Below, piece after piece: positions 12,401 to 27,000 of a DNA stretch of 64,000 nt (its first letter is position 1; each line of letters begins with the position of its first letter). The stretch is taken from the NCBI GenBank assembly GCA_964016885.1, contig OZ024758.1:36952001-37016000 (forward strand). The letters are read 5' to 3'. The notes beneath the pieces were generated by a model. It was not told the DNA's origin, made no database searches, and saw only the letters and a program-made list of their open reading frames with translations. The DNA is from Eledone cirrhosa. Taxonomy: Eukaryota. A program made the position numbers and the translations under genes.

Positions 12401-14670
12401 GGTATTAGCTGTCAGAAGTAACTCCACTGTTGGTGAGAATTCATTTAAGTTCATGGTACTAGCTGTCAGAAGTAACTCCACTGTTGGTGAGAATTCATTT
12501 AAGTCATGGTATTAGCTGTCAGAAGTAACTCCACTGTTGGTGAGAATTCATTTAGGTTCATGGTATTAGCTGACAGAAGTAACTCCACTGTTGGTGAGAA
12601 TTCATTTAAGTTCATGGTACTAGCTGTCAGAAGTAACTCCACTGTTGGTGAGAATTCATTTAAGTTCATGGTATTAGTTTGTCAGAAGTAACTCCACTGT
12701 TGGTGAGAATTCATTTAAGTCATGGTATTAGTTGTCAGAGGTAACTCCAATGTTGGTGAGAATTCATTTAAGTTCATGGTACTAGCTGTCAGAAGTAACT
12801 CCACTGTTGGTGAGAATTCATTTAAGTTCATGGTATTAGCTGTCAGAAGTAACTCCACTGTTGGTGAGAATTCATTTAAGTCATGGTATTAGCTGTCAGA
12901 AGTAACTCCAATGTTGGTGAGAATTCATTTAAGTCATGGTACTAGCTGTCAGAAGTAACTCCAATGTTGGTGAGAATTCAGTTAAGTTCATGGTATTAGC
13001 TGTCAGAAGGAACTCCACTGTTGGTGAGAATTCATTTAAGTTCATGGTATTAGCTGTCAGAAGTAACTCCACTGTTGGTGAGAATTCATTTAAGTTCATG
13101 GTACTAGCTGTCAGAAGTAACTCCACTGTTGGTGAGAATTCATTTAAGTTCATGGTACTAGCTGTCAGAAGTAACTCCACTGTTGGTGAGAATTCAGTTA
13201 AGTTCATGGTATTAGTTGTCAGAAGTAACTCCACTGTTGTTGAGAATTCATTTAAACCATGGTATTAGTTGTCAGAAGTAACTCCAATGTTGGTGAGAAT
13301 TCATTTAAGTTCATGGTACTAGCTGTCAGAAGTAACTCCACTGTTGGTGAGAATTCATTTAAGTTCATGGTATTAGCTGTCAGAAGTAACTCCACTGTTG
13401 GTGAGAATTCATTTAAGTTCATGGTACTAGTTGTCAGAAGTAACTCCACTGTTGGTGAGAATTCATTTAAGTTCATGGTATTAGTTGTCAGAAGTAACTC
13501 CACTGTTGGTGAGAATTCATTTAAGTCATGGTATTAGTTGTCAGAAGTAACTCCAATGTTGGTGAGAATTCATTTAAGTTCATGGTACTAGCTGTCAGAA
13601 GTAACTCCACTGTTGGTGAGAATTCATTTAAGTTCATGGTATTAGCTGTCAGAAGTAACTCCACTGTTGGTGAGAATTCATTTAAGTCATGGTATTAGCT
13701 GTCAGAAGTAACTCCATTGTTGGTGAGAATTCATTTAAGTCATGGTACTAGCTGTCAGAAGTAACTCCACTGTTGGTGAGAATTCATTTAAGTTCATGGT
13801 ATTAGCTGTCAGAAGGAACTCCACTGTTGGTGAGAATTCATTTAAGTTCATGGTACTAGCTGTCAGAAGTAACTCCACTGTTGGTGAGAATTCATTTAAG
13901 TTCATGGTATTAGTTTGTCAGAAGTAACTCCACTGTTGGTGAGAATTCATTTAAGTCATGGTATTAGTTGTCAGAAGTAACTCCAATGTTGGTGAGAATT
14001 CATTTAAGTCATGGTACTAGCTGTCAGAAGTAACTCCAATGTTGGTGAGAATTCATTTAAGTTCATGGTATTAGCTGTCAGAAGGAACTCCACTGTTGGT
14101 GAGAATTCATTTAAGTTCATGGTATTCGCTGTCAGAAGTAACTCCACTGTTGGTGAGAATTCATTTAAGTTCAAGGTACTAGCTGTCAGAAGTAACAACA
14201 ATGTTGGTGAGAATTCATTTAAGTTCATGGTAATAGCTGTCAGAAGTAACTCCACTGTTGGTGAGAATTCATTTAAGTTCATGGTATTAGCTGTCAGAAG
14301 TAACTCCACTGTTGGTGAGAATTCATTTAAGTTCATGGTACTAGCTGTCAGAAGTAACTCCACTGTTGGTGAGAATTCATTTAAGTTCATGGTATTAGTT
14401 GTCAGAAGTAACTCCACTGTTGGTGAGAATTCATTTAAGTTCATGGTATTAGCTGTCAGAAGGAACTCCACTGTTGGTGAGAATTCATTTAAGTTCATGG
14501 TATTAGCTGTCAGAAGTAACTCCACTGTTGGTGAGAATTCATTTAAGTTCATGGTACTATTTGTCAGAAGTAACTCCACTGTTGGTGAGAATTCATTTAA
14601 GTTCATGTTACTAGCTGTCAGAAGTAACTCCACTGTTGGTGAGAATTCATTTAAGTTCATGGTATTAGTT
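7665..14670. repeat. Tandem duplication of a 3496-bp unit (7665-11160 / 11161-14656)
   Basis: ORF pairs at +3496 (7713/11209 through 10508/14004). Private variants are shared (TTCGCTG 10631/14127, AACAACAAT, TTTAAACCATGG, TTACGTT). One difference noticed at 8062/11558. Confidence 0.92.
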
Positions 14671-17600
14671 TGTCAGAAGTAACTCCACTGTTGGTGAGAA
14701 TTCATTTAAGTTCATGGTACTAGCTGTCAGAAGTAACTCCAATGTTGGTGAGAATTCATTTAAGTTCATGGTATTAGCTGTCAGAAGTAACTCCACTGTT
14801 GGTGAGAATTCATTTAAGTTCATGGTACTAGCTGTCAGAAGTAACTCCAATGTTGGTGAGAATTCATTTAAGTTCATGGTATTAGCTGTCAGAAGTAACT
14901 CCACTGTTGGTGAGAATTCATTTAAGTCATGGTATTAGCTGTCAGAAGTAACTCCAATGTTGGTGAGAATTCATTTAAGTTCATGGTATTAGCTGTCAGA
15001 AGTAACTCCACTGTTGGTGAGAATTCATTTAAGTTCACGGTACTAGCTGTCAGAAGTAACTCCACTTTTGGTGAGAATTCATTTAAGTTCATGGTATTAG
15101 TTTGTCAGAAGTAACTCCACTGTTGGTGAGAATTCATTTAAGTCGTGGTATTAGTTGTCAGAAGTTTACTCCAATGTTGGTGAGAATTCATTTAAGTTCA
15201 TGGTACTAGCTGTCAGAAGTAACTCCACTGTTGGTGAGAATTCATTTAAGTTCATGGTATTAGATGTCAGAAGTAACTCCACTGTTGGTGAGAATTGATT
15301 TAAGTTCATGGTACTAGCTGTCAGAAGTAACTCCACTGTTGGTGAGAATTCATTTAAGTTCATGGTATTAGCTGTCAGAAGTAACTCCACTGTTGGTGAG
15401 AATTGATTTAAGTTCATGGTACTAGCTGCCAGAAGTAACTCCACTGTTGGTGAGAATTCAGTTAAGTTCATGGTACTAGCCGTCAGAAGTAACTCCACTG
15501 TTGGTGAGAATTCAGTTAAGTTCATGGTATTAGTTGTCAGAAGTAACTCCACTGTTGGTGAGAATTCATTTAAGTTCATGGTACTAGCTGTCAGAAGTAA
15601 CTCCACTGTTGGTGAGAATTCATTTAAGTTCATGGTATTAGCTGTCAGAAGTAACTCCACTGTTGGTGAGAATTCATTTAAGTCATGGTATTAGTTGTCA
15701 GAAGTAACTCCAATGTTGGTGAGAATTCATTTAAGTTCATGGTACTAGCTGTCAGAAGTAACTCCACTGTTGGTGAGAATTCATTTAAGTTCATGGTATT
15801 AGCTGTCAGAAGTAACTCCACTGTTGGTGAGAATTCATTTAAGTCATGGTATTAGCTGTCAGAAGTAACTCCAATGTTGGTGAGAATTCATTTAAGTCTT
15901 GGTACTAGCTGTCAGAAGTAACTCCAATGTTGGTGAGAATTCAGTTAAGTTCATGGTATTAGCTGTCAGAAGGAACTCCACTGTTGGTGAGAATTCATTT
16001 AAGTTCATGGTATTAGCTGTCAGAAGTAACTCCACTGTTGGTGAGAATTCATTTAAGTTCATGGTACTAGCTGTCAGAAGTAACTCCACTGTTGGTGAGA
16101 ATTCATTTAAGTTCATGGTACTAGCCGTCAGAAGTAACTCCACTGTTGGTGAGAATTCAGTTAAGTTCATGGTATTAGTTGTCAGAAGTAACTCCACTGT
16201 TGGTGAGAATTCATTTAAATCATGGTATTAGTTGTCAGAAGTAACTCCAATGTTGGTGAGAATTCATTTAAGTTCATGGTACTAGCTGTCAGAAGTAACT
16301 CCACTGTTGGTGAGAATTCATTTAAGTTCATGGTATTAGCTGTCAGAAGTAACTCCACTGTTGGTGGGAATTCATTTAAGTCATGGTATTAGCTGTCAGA
16401 AGTAACTCCATTGTTGGTGAGAATTCATTTAAGTCATGGTACTAGCTGTCAGAAGTAACTCCACTGTTGGTGAGAATTCATTTAAGTTCATGGTATTAGC
16501 TGTCAGAAGGAACTCCACTGTTGGTAAGAATTCATTTAAGTTCATGGTATTAGCTGTCAGAAGTAACTCCACTGTTGGTGAGAATTCATTTAAGTTCATG
16601 GTACTAGCTGTCAGAAGTAACTCCACTGTTGGTGAGAATTCATTTAAGTTCATGGTACTAGCTGTCAGAAGTAACTCCACTGTTGGTGAGAATTAATTTA
16701 AGTTCATGGTACTAGCTGTCAGAAGTAACCCCAATGTTGGTGAGAATTCATTTAAGTTCATGGTATTAGCTGTCAGAAGTCACTCCAATGTTGGTGAGAA
16801 TTCATTTAAGTTCATGGTATTAGCTGTGAGAAGTCACTCCACTGTTGGTGAGAATTCATTTAAGTTCATGGTATTAGCTGTCAGAAGTACCTCCACTGTT
16901 GGTGAGAATTCATTTAAGTTCATGGTATTAGCTGTCAGAAGTAACTCCACTGTTGGTGAGAATTCATTTAAGTTCATGGTATTAGCTGTCAGAAGTAACT
17001 CCACTGTTGGTGAGAATTCATTTAAGTTCATGGTACTAGTTGTCAGAAGTAACTCCACTGTTGGTGAGAATTCATTTAAGTTCATGTTACTAGCTGTCAG
17101 AAGTAACTCCACTGTTGGTGAGAATTCATTTAAGTTCATGGTATTAGTTTGTCAGAAGTAACTCCACTGTTGGTGAGAATTCATTTAAGTTCATGGTACT
17201 AGCTGTCAGAAGTAACTCCAATGTTGGTGAGAATTCATTTAAGTTCATGGTATTAGCTGTCAGAAGTAACTCCACTGTTGGTGAGAATTCATTTAAGTTC
17301 ATGGTACTAGCTGTCAGAAGTAACTCCAATGTTGGTGAGAATTCATTTAAGTTCATGGTATTAGCTGTCAGAAGTAACTCCACTGTTGGTGAGAATTCAT
17401 TTAAGTCATGGTATTAGCTGTCAGAAGTAACTCCAATGTTGGTGAGAATTCATTTAAGTTCATGGTATTAGCTGTCAGAAGTAACTCCACTGTTGGTGAG
17501 AATTCATTTAAGTTCACGGTACTAGCTGTCAGAAGTAACTCCACTGTTGGTGAGAATTCATTTAAGTTCATGGTATTAGTTTGTCAGAAGTAACTCCACT

Positions 17601-19480
17601 GTTGGTGAGAATTCATTTAAGTCGTGGTATTAGTTGTCAGAAGTTTACTCCAATGTTGGTGAGAATTCATTTAAGTTCATGGTACTAGCTGTCAGAAGTA
17701 ACTCCACTGTTGGTGAGAATTCATTTAAGTTCATGGTATTAGCTGTCAGAAGTAACTCCACTGTTGGTGAGAATTGATTTAAGTTCATGGTACTAGCTGT
17801 CAGAAGTAACTCCACTGTTGGTGAGAATTCATTTAAGTTCATGGTATTAGCTGTCAGAAGTAACTCCACTGTTGGTGAGAATTGATTTAAGTTCATGGTA
17901 CTAGCTGTCAGAAGTAACTCCACTGTTGGTGAGAATTCAGTTAAGTTCATGGTACTAGCCGTCAGAAGTAACTCCACTGTTGGTGAGGATTCAGTTAAGT
18001 TCATGGTATTAGTTGTCAGAAGAAACTCCACTGTTGGTGAGAATTCATTTAAGTTCATGGTACTAGCTGTCAGAAGTAACTCCACTGTTGGTGAGAATTC
18101 ATTTAAGTTCATGGTATTAGCTGTCAGAAGTAACTCCACTGTTGGTGAGAATTCATTTAAGTCATGGTATTAGTTGTCAGAAGTAACTCCAATGTTGGTG
18201 AGAATTCATTTAAGTTCATGGTACTAGCTGTCAGAAGTAACTCCACTGTTGGTGAGAATTCATTTAAGTTCATGGTATTAGCTGCCAGAAGTAACTCCAC
18301 TGTTGGTGAGAATTCATTTAAGTCATGGTATTAGCTGTCAGAAGTAACTCCAATGTTGGTGAGAATTCATTTAAGTCTTGGTACTAGCTGTCAGAAGTAA
18401 CTCCAATGTTGGTGAGAATTCAGTTAAGTTCATGGTATTAGCTGTCAGAAGGAACTCCACTGTTGGTGAGAATTCATTTAAGTTCATGGTATTAGCTGTC
18501 AGAAGTAACTCCACTGTTGGTGAGAATTCATTTAAGTTCATGGTACTAGCTGTCAGAAGTAACTCCACTGTTGGTGAGAATTCATTTAAGTTCATGGTAC
18601 TAGCCGTCAGAAGTAACTCCACTGTTGGTGAGAATTCAGTTAAGTTCATGGTATTAGTTGTCAGAAGTAACTCCACTGTTGGTGAGAATTCATTTAAATC
18701 ATGGTATTAGTTGTCAGAAGTAACTCCAATGTTGGTGAGAATTCATTTAAGTTCATGGTACTAGCTGTCAGAAGTAACTCCACTGTTGGTGAGAATTCAT
18801 TTAAGTTCATGGTATTAGCTGTCAGAAGTAACTCCACTGTTGGTGGGAATTCATTTAAGTCATGGTATTAGCTGTCAGAAGTAACTCCATTGTTGGTGAG
18901 AATTCATTTAAGTCATGGTACTAGCTGTCAGAAGTAACTCCACTGTTGGTGAGAATTCATTTAAGTTCATGGTATTAGCTGTCAGAAGGAACTCCACTGT
19001 TGGTAAGAATTCATTTAAGTTCATGGTATTAGCTGTCAGAAGTAACTCCACTGTTGGTGAGAATTCATTTAAGTTCATGGTACTAGCTGTCAGAAGTAAC
19101 TCCACTGTTGGTGAGAATTCATTTAAGTTCATGGTACTAGCTGTCAGAAGTAACTCCACTGTTGGTGAGAATTCATTTAAGTTCATGGTACTAGCTGTCA
19201 GAAGTAACCCCAATGTTGGTGAGAATTCATTTAAGTTCATGGTATTAGCTGTCAGAAGTCACTCCAATGTTGGTGAGAATTCATTTAAGTTCATGGTATT
19301 AGCTGTGAGAAGTCACTCCACTGTTGGTGAGAATTCATTTAAGTTCATGGTATTAGCTGTCAGAAGTACCTCCACTGTTGGTGAGAATTCATTTAAGTTC
19401 ATGGTATTAGCTGTCAGAAGTAACTCCACTGTTGGTGAGAATTCATTTAAGTTCATGGTATTAGCTGTCAGAAGTAACTC
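14490..19480. repeat. Tandem duplication with 2479-bp period (46 monomers)
   Basis: ORF pairs 14665/17144, 14929/17408, 15166/17645, 15892/18371, 16429/18908. The copies differ at several sites (e.g. TAGATG at 15264, GCTGCC at 15429). Boundaries approximate. Confidence 0.85.
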
Positions 19481-21466
19481 CACTGTTGGTGAGAATTCAT
19501 TTAAGTTCATGGTACTAGCTGTCAGAAGTAACTCCACTGTTGGTGAGAATTCATTTAAGTTCATGGTACTAGCTGTCAGACGTAACTCCACTGTTGGTGA
19601 GAATTCATTTAAGTTCATGGTACTAGCTGTCAGAAGTAACCCCAATGTTGGTGAGAATTCATTTAAGTTCATGGTATTAGCTGTCAGAAGTCACTCCAAT
19701 GTTGGTGAGAATTCATTTAAGTTCATGGTATTAGCTGTGAGAAGTCACTCCACTGTTGGTGAGAATTCATTTAAGTTCATGGTATTAGCTGTCAGAAGTA
19801 CCTCCACTGTTGGTGAGAATTCATTTAAGTTCATGGTATTAGCTGTCAGAAGTAACTCCACTGTTGGTGAGAATTCATTTAAGTTCATGGTATTAGCTGT
19901 CAGAAGGAACTCCAATGTTGGTGAGAATTCATTTAAGTCATGGTACTAGGTGTCAGAAGTAACTCCACTGTTGGTGAGAATTCATTTAAGTTCATGGTAT
20001 TAGCTGTCAGAAGTAACTCCACTGTTGGTGAGAATTCATTTAAGTTCATGGTACTAGCTGTCAGAAGTAACTCCAATGTTGGTGAGAATTCATTTAAGTT
20101 CATGGTATTAGCTGTCAGAAGGAACTCCACTGTTGGTGAGAATTCATTTAAGTTCATGGTATTAGCTGTCAGAAGTAACTCCACTGTTGGTGAGAATTCA
20201 TTTAAGTTCATGGTACTAGTTGTCAGAAGTAACTCCACTGTTGGTGAGAATTCATTTAAGTTCATGTTACTAGCTGTCAGAAGTAACTCCACTGTTGGTG
20301 AGAATTCATTTAAGTTCATGGTATTAGTTTGTCAGAAGTAACTCCACTGTTGGTGAGAATTCATTTAAGTTCATGGTACTAGCTGTCAGAAGTAACTCCA
20401 ATGTTGGTGAGAATTCATTTAAGTTCATGGTATTAGCTGTCAGAAGTAACTCCACTGTTGGTGAGAATTCATTTAAGTTCATGGTACTAGCTGTCAGAAG
20501 TAACTCCAATGTTGGTGAGAATTCATTTAAGTTCATGGTATTAGCTGTCAGAAGTAACTCCACTGTTGGTGAGAATTCATTTAAGTCATGGTATTAGCTG
20601 TCAGAAGTAACTCCAATGTTGGTGAGAATTCATTTAAGTTCATGGTATTAGCTGTCAGAAGTAACTCCACTGTTGGTGAGAATTCATTTAAGTTCACGGT
20701 ACTAGCTGTCAGAAGTAACTCCACTGTTGGTGAGAATTCATTTAAGTTCATGGTATTAGTTTGTCAGAAGTAACTCCACTGTTGGTGAGAATTCATTTAA
20801 GTCGTGGTATTAGTTGTCAGAAGTTTACTCCAATGTTGGTGAGAATTCATTTAAGTTCATGGTACTAGCTGTCAGAAGTAACTCCACTGTTGGTGAGAAT
20901 TCATTTAAGTTCATGGTATTAGCTGTCAGAAGTAACTCCACTGTTGGTGAGAATTGATTTAAGTTCATGGTACTAGCTGTCAGACGTAACTCCACTGTTG
21001 GTGAGAATTCATTTAAGTTCATGGTATTAGCTGTCAGAAGTAACTCCACTGTTGGTGAGAATTCATTTAAGTTCATGGTACTAGCTGTCAGAAGTAACTC
21101 CACTGTTGGTGAGAATTCAGTTAAGTTCATGGTATTAGTTGTCAGAAGTAACTCCACTGTTGGTGAGAATTCATTTAAATCATGTTATTAGTTGTCAGAA
21201 GTAACTCCAATGTTGGTGAGAATTCATTTAATTTCATGGTACTAGCTGTCAGAAGTAACTCCACTGTTGGTGAGAAATCATTTAAGTCATGGTATTAGTT
21301 GTCAGAAGTAACTCCAATGTTGGTGAGAATTCATTTAAGTTCATGGTACTAGCTGTCAGAAGTAACTCCACTGTTGGTGAGAATTCATTTAAGTTCATGG
21401 TATTAGCTGTCAGAAGTAACTCCACTGTTGGTGAGAATTCATTTAAGTCATGGTATTAGTTGTCAG
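16687..21466. repeat. Copy B of the >=4.7 kb block (matches 1-4780)
   Basis: Same order of variant monomers as 1-4780 at offset 16686. Confidence 0.9.
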
Positions 21467-24099
21467 AAGTAACTCCAATGTTGGTGAGAATTCATTTAAG
21501 TTCATGGTACTAGCTGTCAGAAGTAACTCCACTGTTGGTGAGAATTCATTTAAGTTCATGGTATTAGCTGTCAGAAGTAACTCCACTGTTGGTGAGAATT
21601 CATTTAAGTCATGGTATTAGCTGTCAGAAGTAACTCCAATGTTGGTGAGAATTCATTTAAGTCTTGGTACTAGCTGTCAGAAGTAACTCCAATGTTGGTG
21701 AGAATTCAGTTAAGTTCATGGTATTAGCTGTCAGAAGGAACTCCACTGTTGGTGAGAATTCATTTAAGTTCATGGTATTAGCTGTCAGAAGTAACTCCAC
21801 TGTTGGTGAGAATTCATTTAAGTTCATGGTACTAGCTGTCAGAAGTAACTCCACTGTTGGTGAGAATTCATTTAAGTTCATGGTACTAGCCGTCAGAAGT
21901 AACTCCACTGTTGGTGAGAATTCAGTTAAGTTCATGGTATTAGTTGTCAGAAGTAACTCCACTGTTGGTGAGAATTCATTTAAATCATGGTATTAGTTGT
22001 CAGAAGTAACTCCAATGTTGGTGAGAATTCATTTAAGTTCATGGTACTAGCTGTCAGAAGTAACTCCACTGTTGGTGAGAATTCATTTAAGTTCATGGTA
22101 TTAGCTGTCAGAAGTAACTCCACTGTTGGTGAGAATTCATTTAAGTCATGGTATTAGCTGTCAGAAGTAACTCCATTGTTGGTGAGAATTCATTTAAGTC
22201 ATGGTACTAGCTGTCAGAAGTAACTCCACTGTTGGTGAGAATTCATTTAAGTTCATGGTATTAGCTGTCAGAAGGAACTCCACTGTTGGTAAGAATTCAT
22301 TTAAGTTCATGGTATTAGCTGTCAGAAGTAACTCCACTGTTGGTGAGAATTCATTTAAGTTCATGGTACTAGCTGTCAGAAGTAACTCCACTGTTGGTGA
22401 GAATTCATTTAAGTTCATGGTACTAGCTGTCAGAAGTAACTCCACTGTTGGTGAGAATTCATTTAAGTTCATGGTACTAGCTGTCAGAAGTAACCCCAAT
22501 GTTGGTGAGAATTCATTTAAGTTCATGGTATTAGCTGTCAGAAGTCACTCCAATGTTGGTGAGAATTCATTTAAGTTCATGGTATTAGCTGTGAGAAGTC
22601 ACTCCACTGTTGGTGAGAATTCATTTAAGTTCATGGTATTAGCTGTCAGAAGTACCTCCACTGTTGGTGAGAATTCATTTAAGTTCATGGTATTAGCTGT
22701 CAGAAGTAACTCCACTGTTGGTGAGAATTCATTTAAGTTCATGGTATTAGCTGTCAGAAGGAACTCCAATGTTGGTGAGAATTCATTTAAGTCATGGTAC
22801 TAGCTGTCAGAAGTAACTCCACTGTTGGTGAGAATTCATTTAAGTTCATGGTATTAGCTGTCAGAAGGAACGCCACTGTTGGTGAGAATTCATTTAAGTT
22901 CATGGTATTAGCTGTCAGAAGTAACTCCACTGTTGGTGAGAATTCATTTAAGTTCATGGTACTAGCTGTCAGAAGTAACTCCACTGTTGGTGAGAATTCA
23001 TTTAAGTTCATGGTATTAGTTTGTCAGAAGTAACTCCACTGTTGGTGAGAATTCATTTAAGTCATGGTATTAGTTGTCAGAAGTAACTCCAATGTTGGTG
23101 AGAATTCATTTAAGTCATGGTACTAGCTGTCAGAAGTAACTCCAATGTTGGTGAGAATTCATTTAAGTTCATGGTATTAGCTGTCAGAAGGAACTCCACT
23201 GTTGGTGAGAATTCATTTAAGTTCATGGTATTAGCTGTCAGAAGTAACTCCACTGTTGGTGAGAATTCATTTAAGTTCATGGTATTAGCTGTCAGAAGTA
23301 ACTCCACTGTTGGTGAGAATTCATTTAAGTTCATGGTACTAGCTGTCAGAAGTAACTCCACTGTTGGTGAGAATTCATTTAAGTTCATGGTTCTAGCTGT
23401 CAGAATTAACTCCACTGTTGGTGAGAATTCATTTAAGTTCATGGTACTAGCTGTCAGAAGTAACTCCAATGTTGGTAAGAATTCATTTAAGTTCATGATA
23501 TTAGCTGTCAGAAGTAACTCCACTGTTGGTGAGAATTCATTTAAGTTCATGGTACTAGCTGTCAGAAGTAACTCCACTGTTGGTGAGAATTCATTTAAGT
23601 TTATGGTACTAGCTGTCAGAAGTAACCCCAATGTTGGTGAGAATTCATTTAAGTTCATGGTATTAGCTGTCAGAAGTCACTCCAATGTTGGTGAGAATTC
23701 ATTTAAGTTCATGGTATTAGCTGTCAGAAGTCACTCCACTGTTGGTGAGAATTCATTTAAGTTCATGGTACTAGCTGTCAGAAGTAACCCCAATGTTGCT
23801 GAGAATTCATTTAAGTTCATGGTATTAGCTGTCAGAAGTCACTCCAATGTTGGTGAGAATTCATTTAAGTTCATGCTATTAGCTGTCAGAAGTAACTCCA
23901 CTGTTGGTGAGAATTCATTTAAGTTCATGGTATTAGCTGTCAGAAGTAACTCCACTGTTGGTGAGAATTCATTTATGTTCATGGTATTAGCTGTCAGAAG
24001 TAACTCCACTGTTGGTGAGAATTCATTTAAGTTCATGGTATTACCTGTCAGAAGGAACTCCAATGTTGGTGAGAATTCATTTAAGTCATGGTACTAGCT

Positions 24100-27000
24100 G
24101 TCAGAAGTAACTCCACTGTTGGTGAGAATTCATTTAAGTTCATGGTATTAGCTGTCAGAAGGAACGCCACTGTTGGTGAGAATTCATTTAAGTTCATGGT
24201 ATTAGCTGTCAGAAGTAACTCCACTGTTGGTGAGAATTCATTTAAGTTCATGGTACTATCTGTCAGAAGTAACTCCAATGTTGGTGAGAATTCATTTAAG
24301 TTCATGGTATTAGCTGTCAGAAGGAACTCCACTGTTGGTGAGAAATCATTTAAGTCTTGGTATTAGTTGTCAGAAGTAACTCCAATGTTGGTGAGAATTC
24401 ATTTAAGTTCATGGTACTAGCTGTCAGAAGTAACTCCACTGTTGGTGAGATTTCATTTAAGTTCATGGTACTAGCTGTCAAAAGTAACTCCAATGTTGGT
24501 GAGAATTCATTTAAGTTCATGGTATTAGCTGTCAGAAGTAACTCCACTGTTGGTGAGAATTCATTTAAGTTCATGGTACTAGCTGTCAGAAGTAACTCCA
24601 CTGTTGGTGAGAATTCAGTTAAGTTCATGGTATTAGTTGTCAGAAGTAACTCCACTGTTGGTGAGAATTCATTTAAATCATGGTATTAGTTGTCAGAAGT
24701 AACTCCAATGTTGGTGAGAATTCATTTAATTTCATGGTACTAGCTGTCAGAAGTAACTCCACTGTTGGTGAGAAATCATTTAAGTCATGGTATTAGTTGT
24801 CAGAAGTAACTCCAATGTTGGTGAGAATTCATTTAAGTTCATGGTACTAGCTGTCAGAAGTAACTCCACTGTTGGTGAGAATTCATTTAAGTTCATGGTA
24901 TTAGCTGTCAGAAGTAACTCCACTGTTGGTGAGAATTCATTTAAGTCATGGTATTAGTTGTCAGAAGTAACTCCAATGTTGGTGAGAATTCATTTAAGTT
25001 CATGGTACTAGCTGTCAGAAGTAACTCCACTGTTGGTGAGAATTCATTTAAGTTCATGGTATTAGCTGTCAGAAGTAACTCCACTGTTGGTGAGAATTCA
25101 TTTAAGTCATGGTATTAGTTGTCAGAAGTAACTCCAATGTTGGTGAGAATTCATTTAAGTCTTGGTACTAGCTGTCAGAAGTAACTCCAATGTTGGTGAG
25201 AATTCAGTTAAGTTCATGGTATTAGCTGTCAGAACGAACTCCACTGTTGGTGAGAATTCATTTAAGTTCATGGTATTAGCTGTCAGAAGTAACTTCACTG
25301 TTGGTGAGAATTCATTTAAGTTCATGGTACTAGCTGTCAGAAGTAACTCCACTGTTGGTGAGAATTCATTTAAGTTCATGGTACTAGCCGTCAGAAGTAA
25401 CTCCACTGTTGGTGAGAATTCAGTTAAGTTCATGGTATTAGTTGTCAGAAGTAACTCCACTGTTGGTGAGAATTCATTTAAATCATGGTATTAGTTGTCA
25501 GAAGTAACTCCAATGTTGGTGAGAATTCATTTAAGTTCATGGTACTAGCTGTCAGAAGTAACTCCACTGTTGGTGAGAATTCATTTAAGTTCATGGTATT
25601 AGCTGTCAGAAGGAACTCCACTGTTGGTGGGAATTCATTTAAGTTCATGGTATTAGCTGTGAGAAGTCACTCCACTGTTGGTGAGAATTCATTTGAGTTC
25701 ATGGTATTAGCTGTCAGAAGTACCTCCACTGTTGGTGAGAATTCATTTAAGTCCATGGTATTAGCTGTCAGAAGTAACTCCACTGTTGGTGAGAATTCAT
25801 TTAAGTTCATGGTATTAGCTGTCAGAAGGAACTCCAATGTTGGTGAGAATTCATTTAAGTCATGGTACTAGCTGTCAGAAGTAACTCCACTGTTGGTGAG
25901 AATTCATTTAAGTTTATGGTATTAGCTGTCAGAAGGAACGCCACTGTTGGTGAGAATTCATTTAAGTTCATGGTACTAGCTGTCAGAAGTAACTCCACTG
26001 TTGGTGAGAATTCAGTTAAGTTCATGGTATTAGTTGTCAGAAGTAACTCCACTGTTGGTGAGAATTCATTTAAATCATGGTATTAGTTGTCAGAAGTAAC
26101 TCCAATGTTGGTGAGAATTCATTTAATTTCATGGTACTAGCTGTCAGAAGTAACTCCACTGTTGGTGAGAAATCATTTAAGTCATGGTATTAGTTGTCAG
26201 AAGTAACTCCAATGTTGGTGAGAATTCATTTAAGTTCATGGTACTAGCTGTCAGAAGTAACTCCACTGTTGGTGAGAATTCATTTAAGTTCATGGTATTA
26301 GCTGTCAGAAGTAACTCCACTGTTGGTGAGAATTCATTTAAGTCATGGTATTAGTTGTCAGAAGTAACTCCAATGTTGGTGAGAATTCATTTAAGTTCAT
26401 GGTACTAGCTGTCAGAAGTAACTCCACTGTTGGTGAGAATTCATTTAAGTTCATGGTATTAGCTGTCAGAAGTAACTCCACTGTTGGTGAGAATTCATTT
26501 AAGTCATGGTATTAGTTGTCAGAAGTAACTCCAATGTTGGTGAGAATTCATTTAAGTCTTGGTACTAGCTGTCAGAAGTAACTCCAATGTTGGTGAGAAT
26601 TCAGTTAAGTTCATGGTATTAGCTGTCAGAAGGAACTCCACTGTTGGTGAGAATTCATTTAAGTTCATGGTATTAGCTGTCAGAAGTAACTCCACTGTTG
26701 GTGAGAATTCATTTGAGTTCATGGTATTAGCTGTCAGAAGTACCTCCACTGTTGGTGAGAATTCATTTAAGTTCATGGTATTAGCTGTCAGAAGTAACTC
26801 CACTGTTGGTGAGAATTCATTTAAGTTCATGGTATTAGCTGTCAGAAGGAACTCCAATGTTGGTGAGAATTCATTTAAGTCATGGTACTAGCTGTCAGAA
26901 GTAACTCCACTGTTGGTGAGAATTCATTTAAGTTTATGGTATTAGCTGTCAGAATGAACGCCACTGTTGGTGAGAATTCATTTAAGTTCATGGTATTAGC

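Noticed and set aside
1-21466. 16686 = 309 x 54 exactly, taken as evidence of strict phase conservation
   Set aside because: The interval contains many net -1 monomers, so exact divisibility is most likely coincidental. Most other offsets are not multiples of 54.
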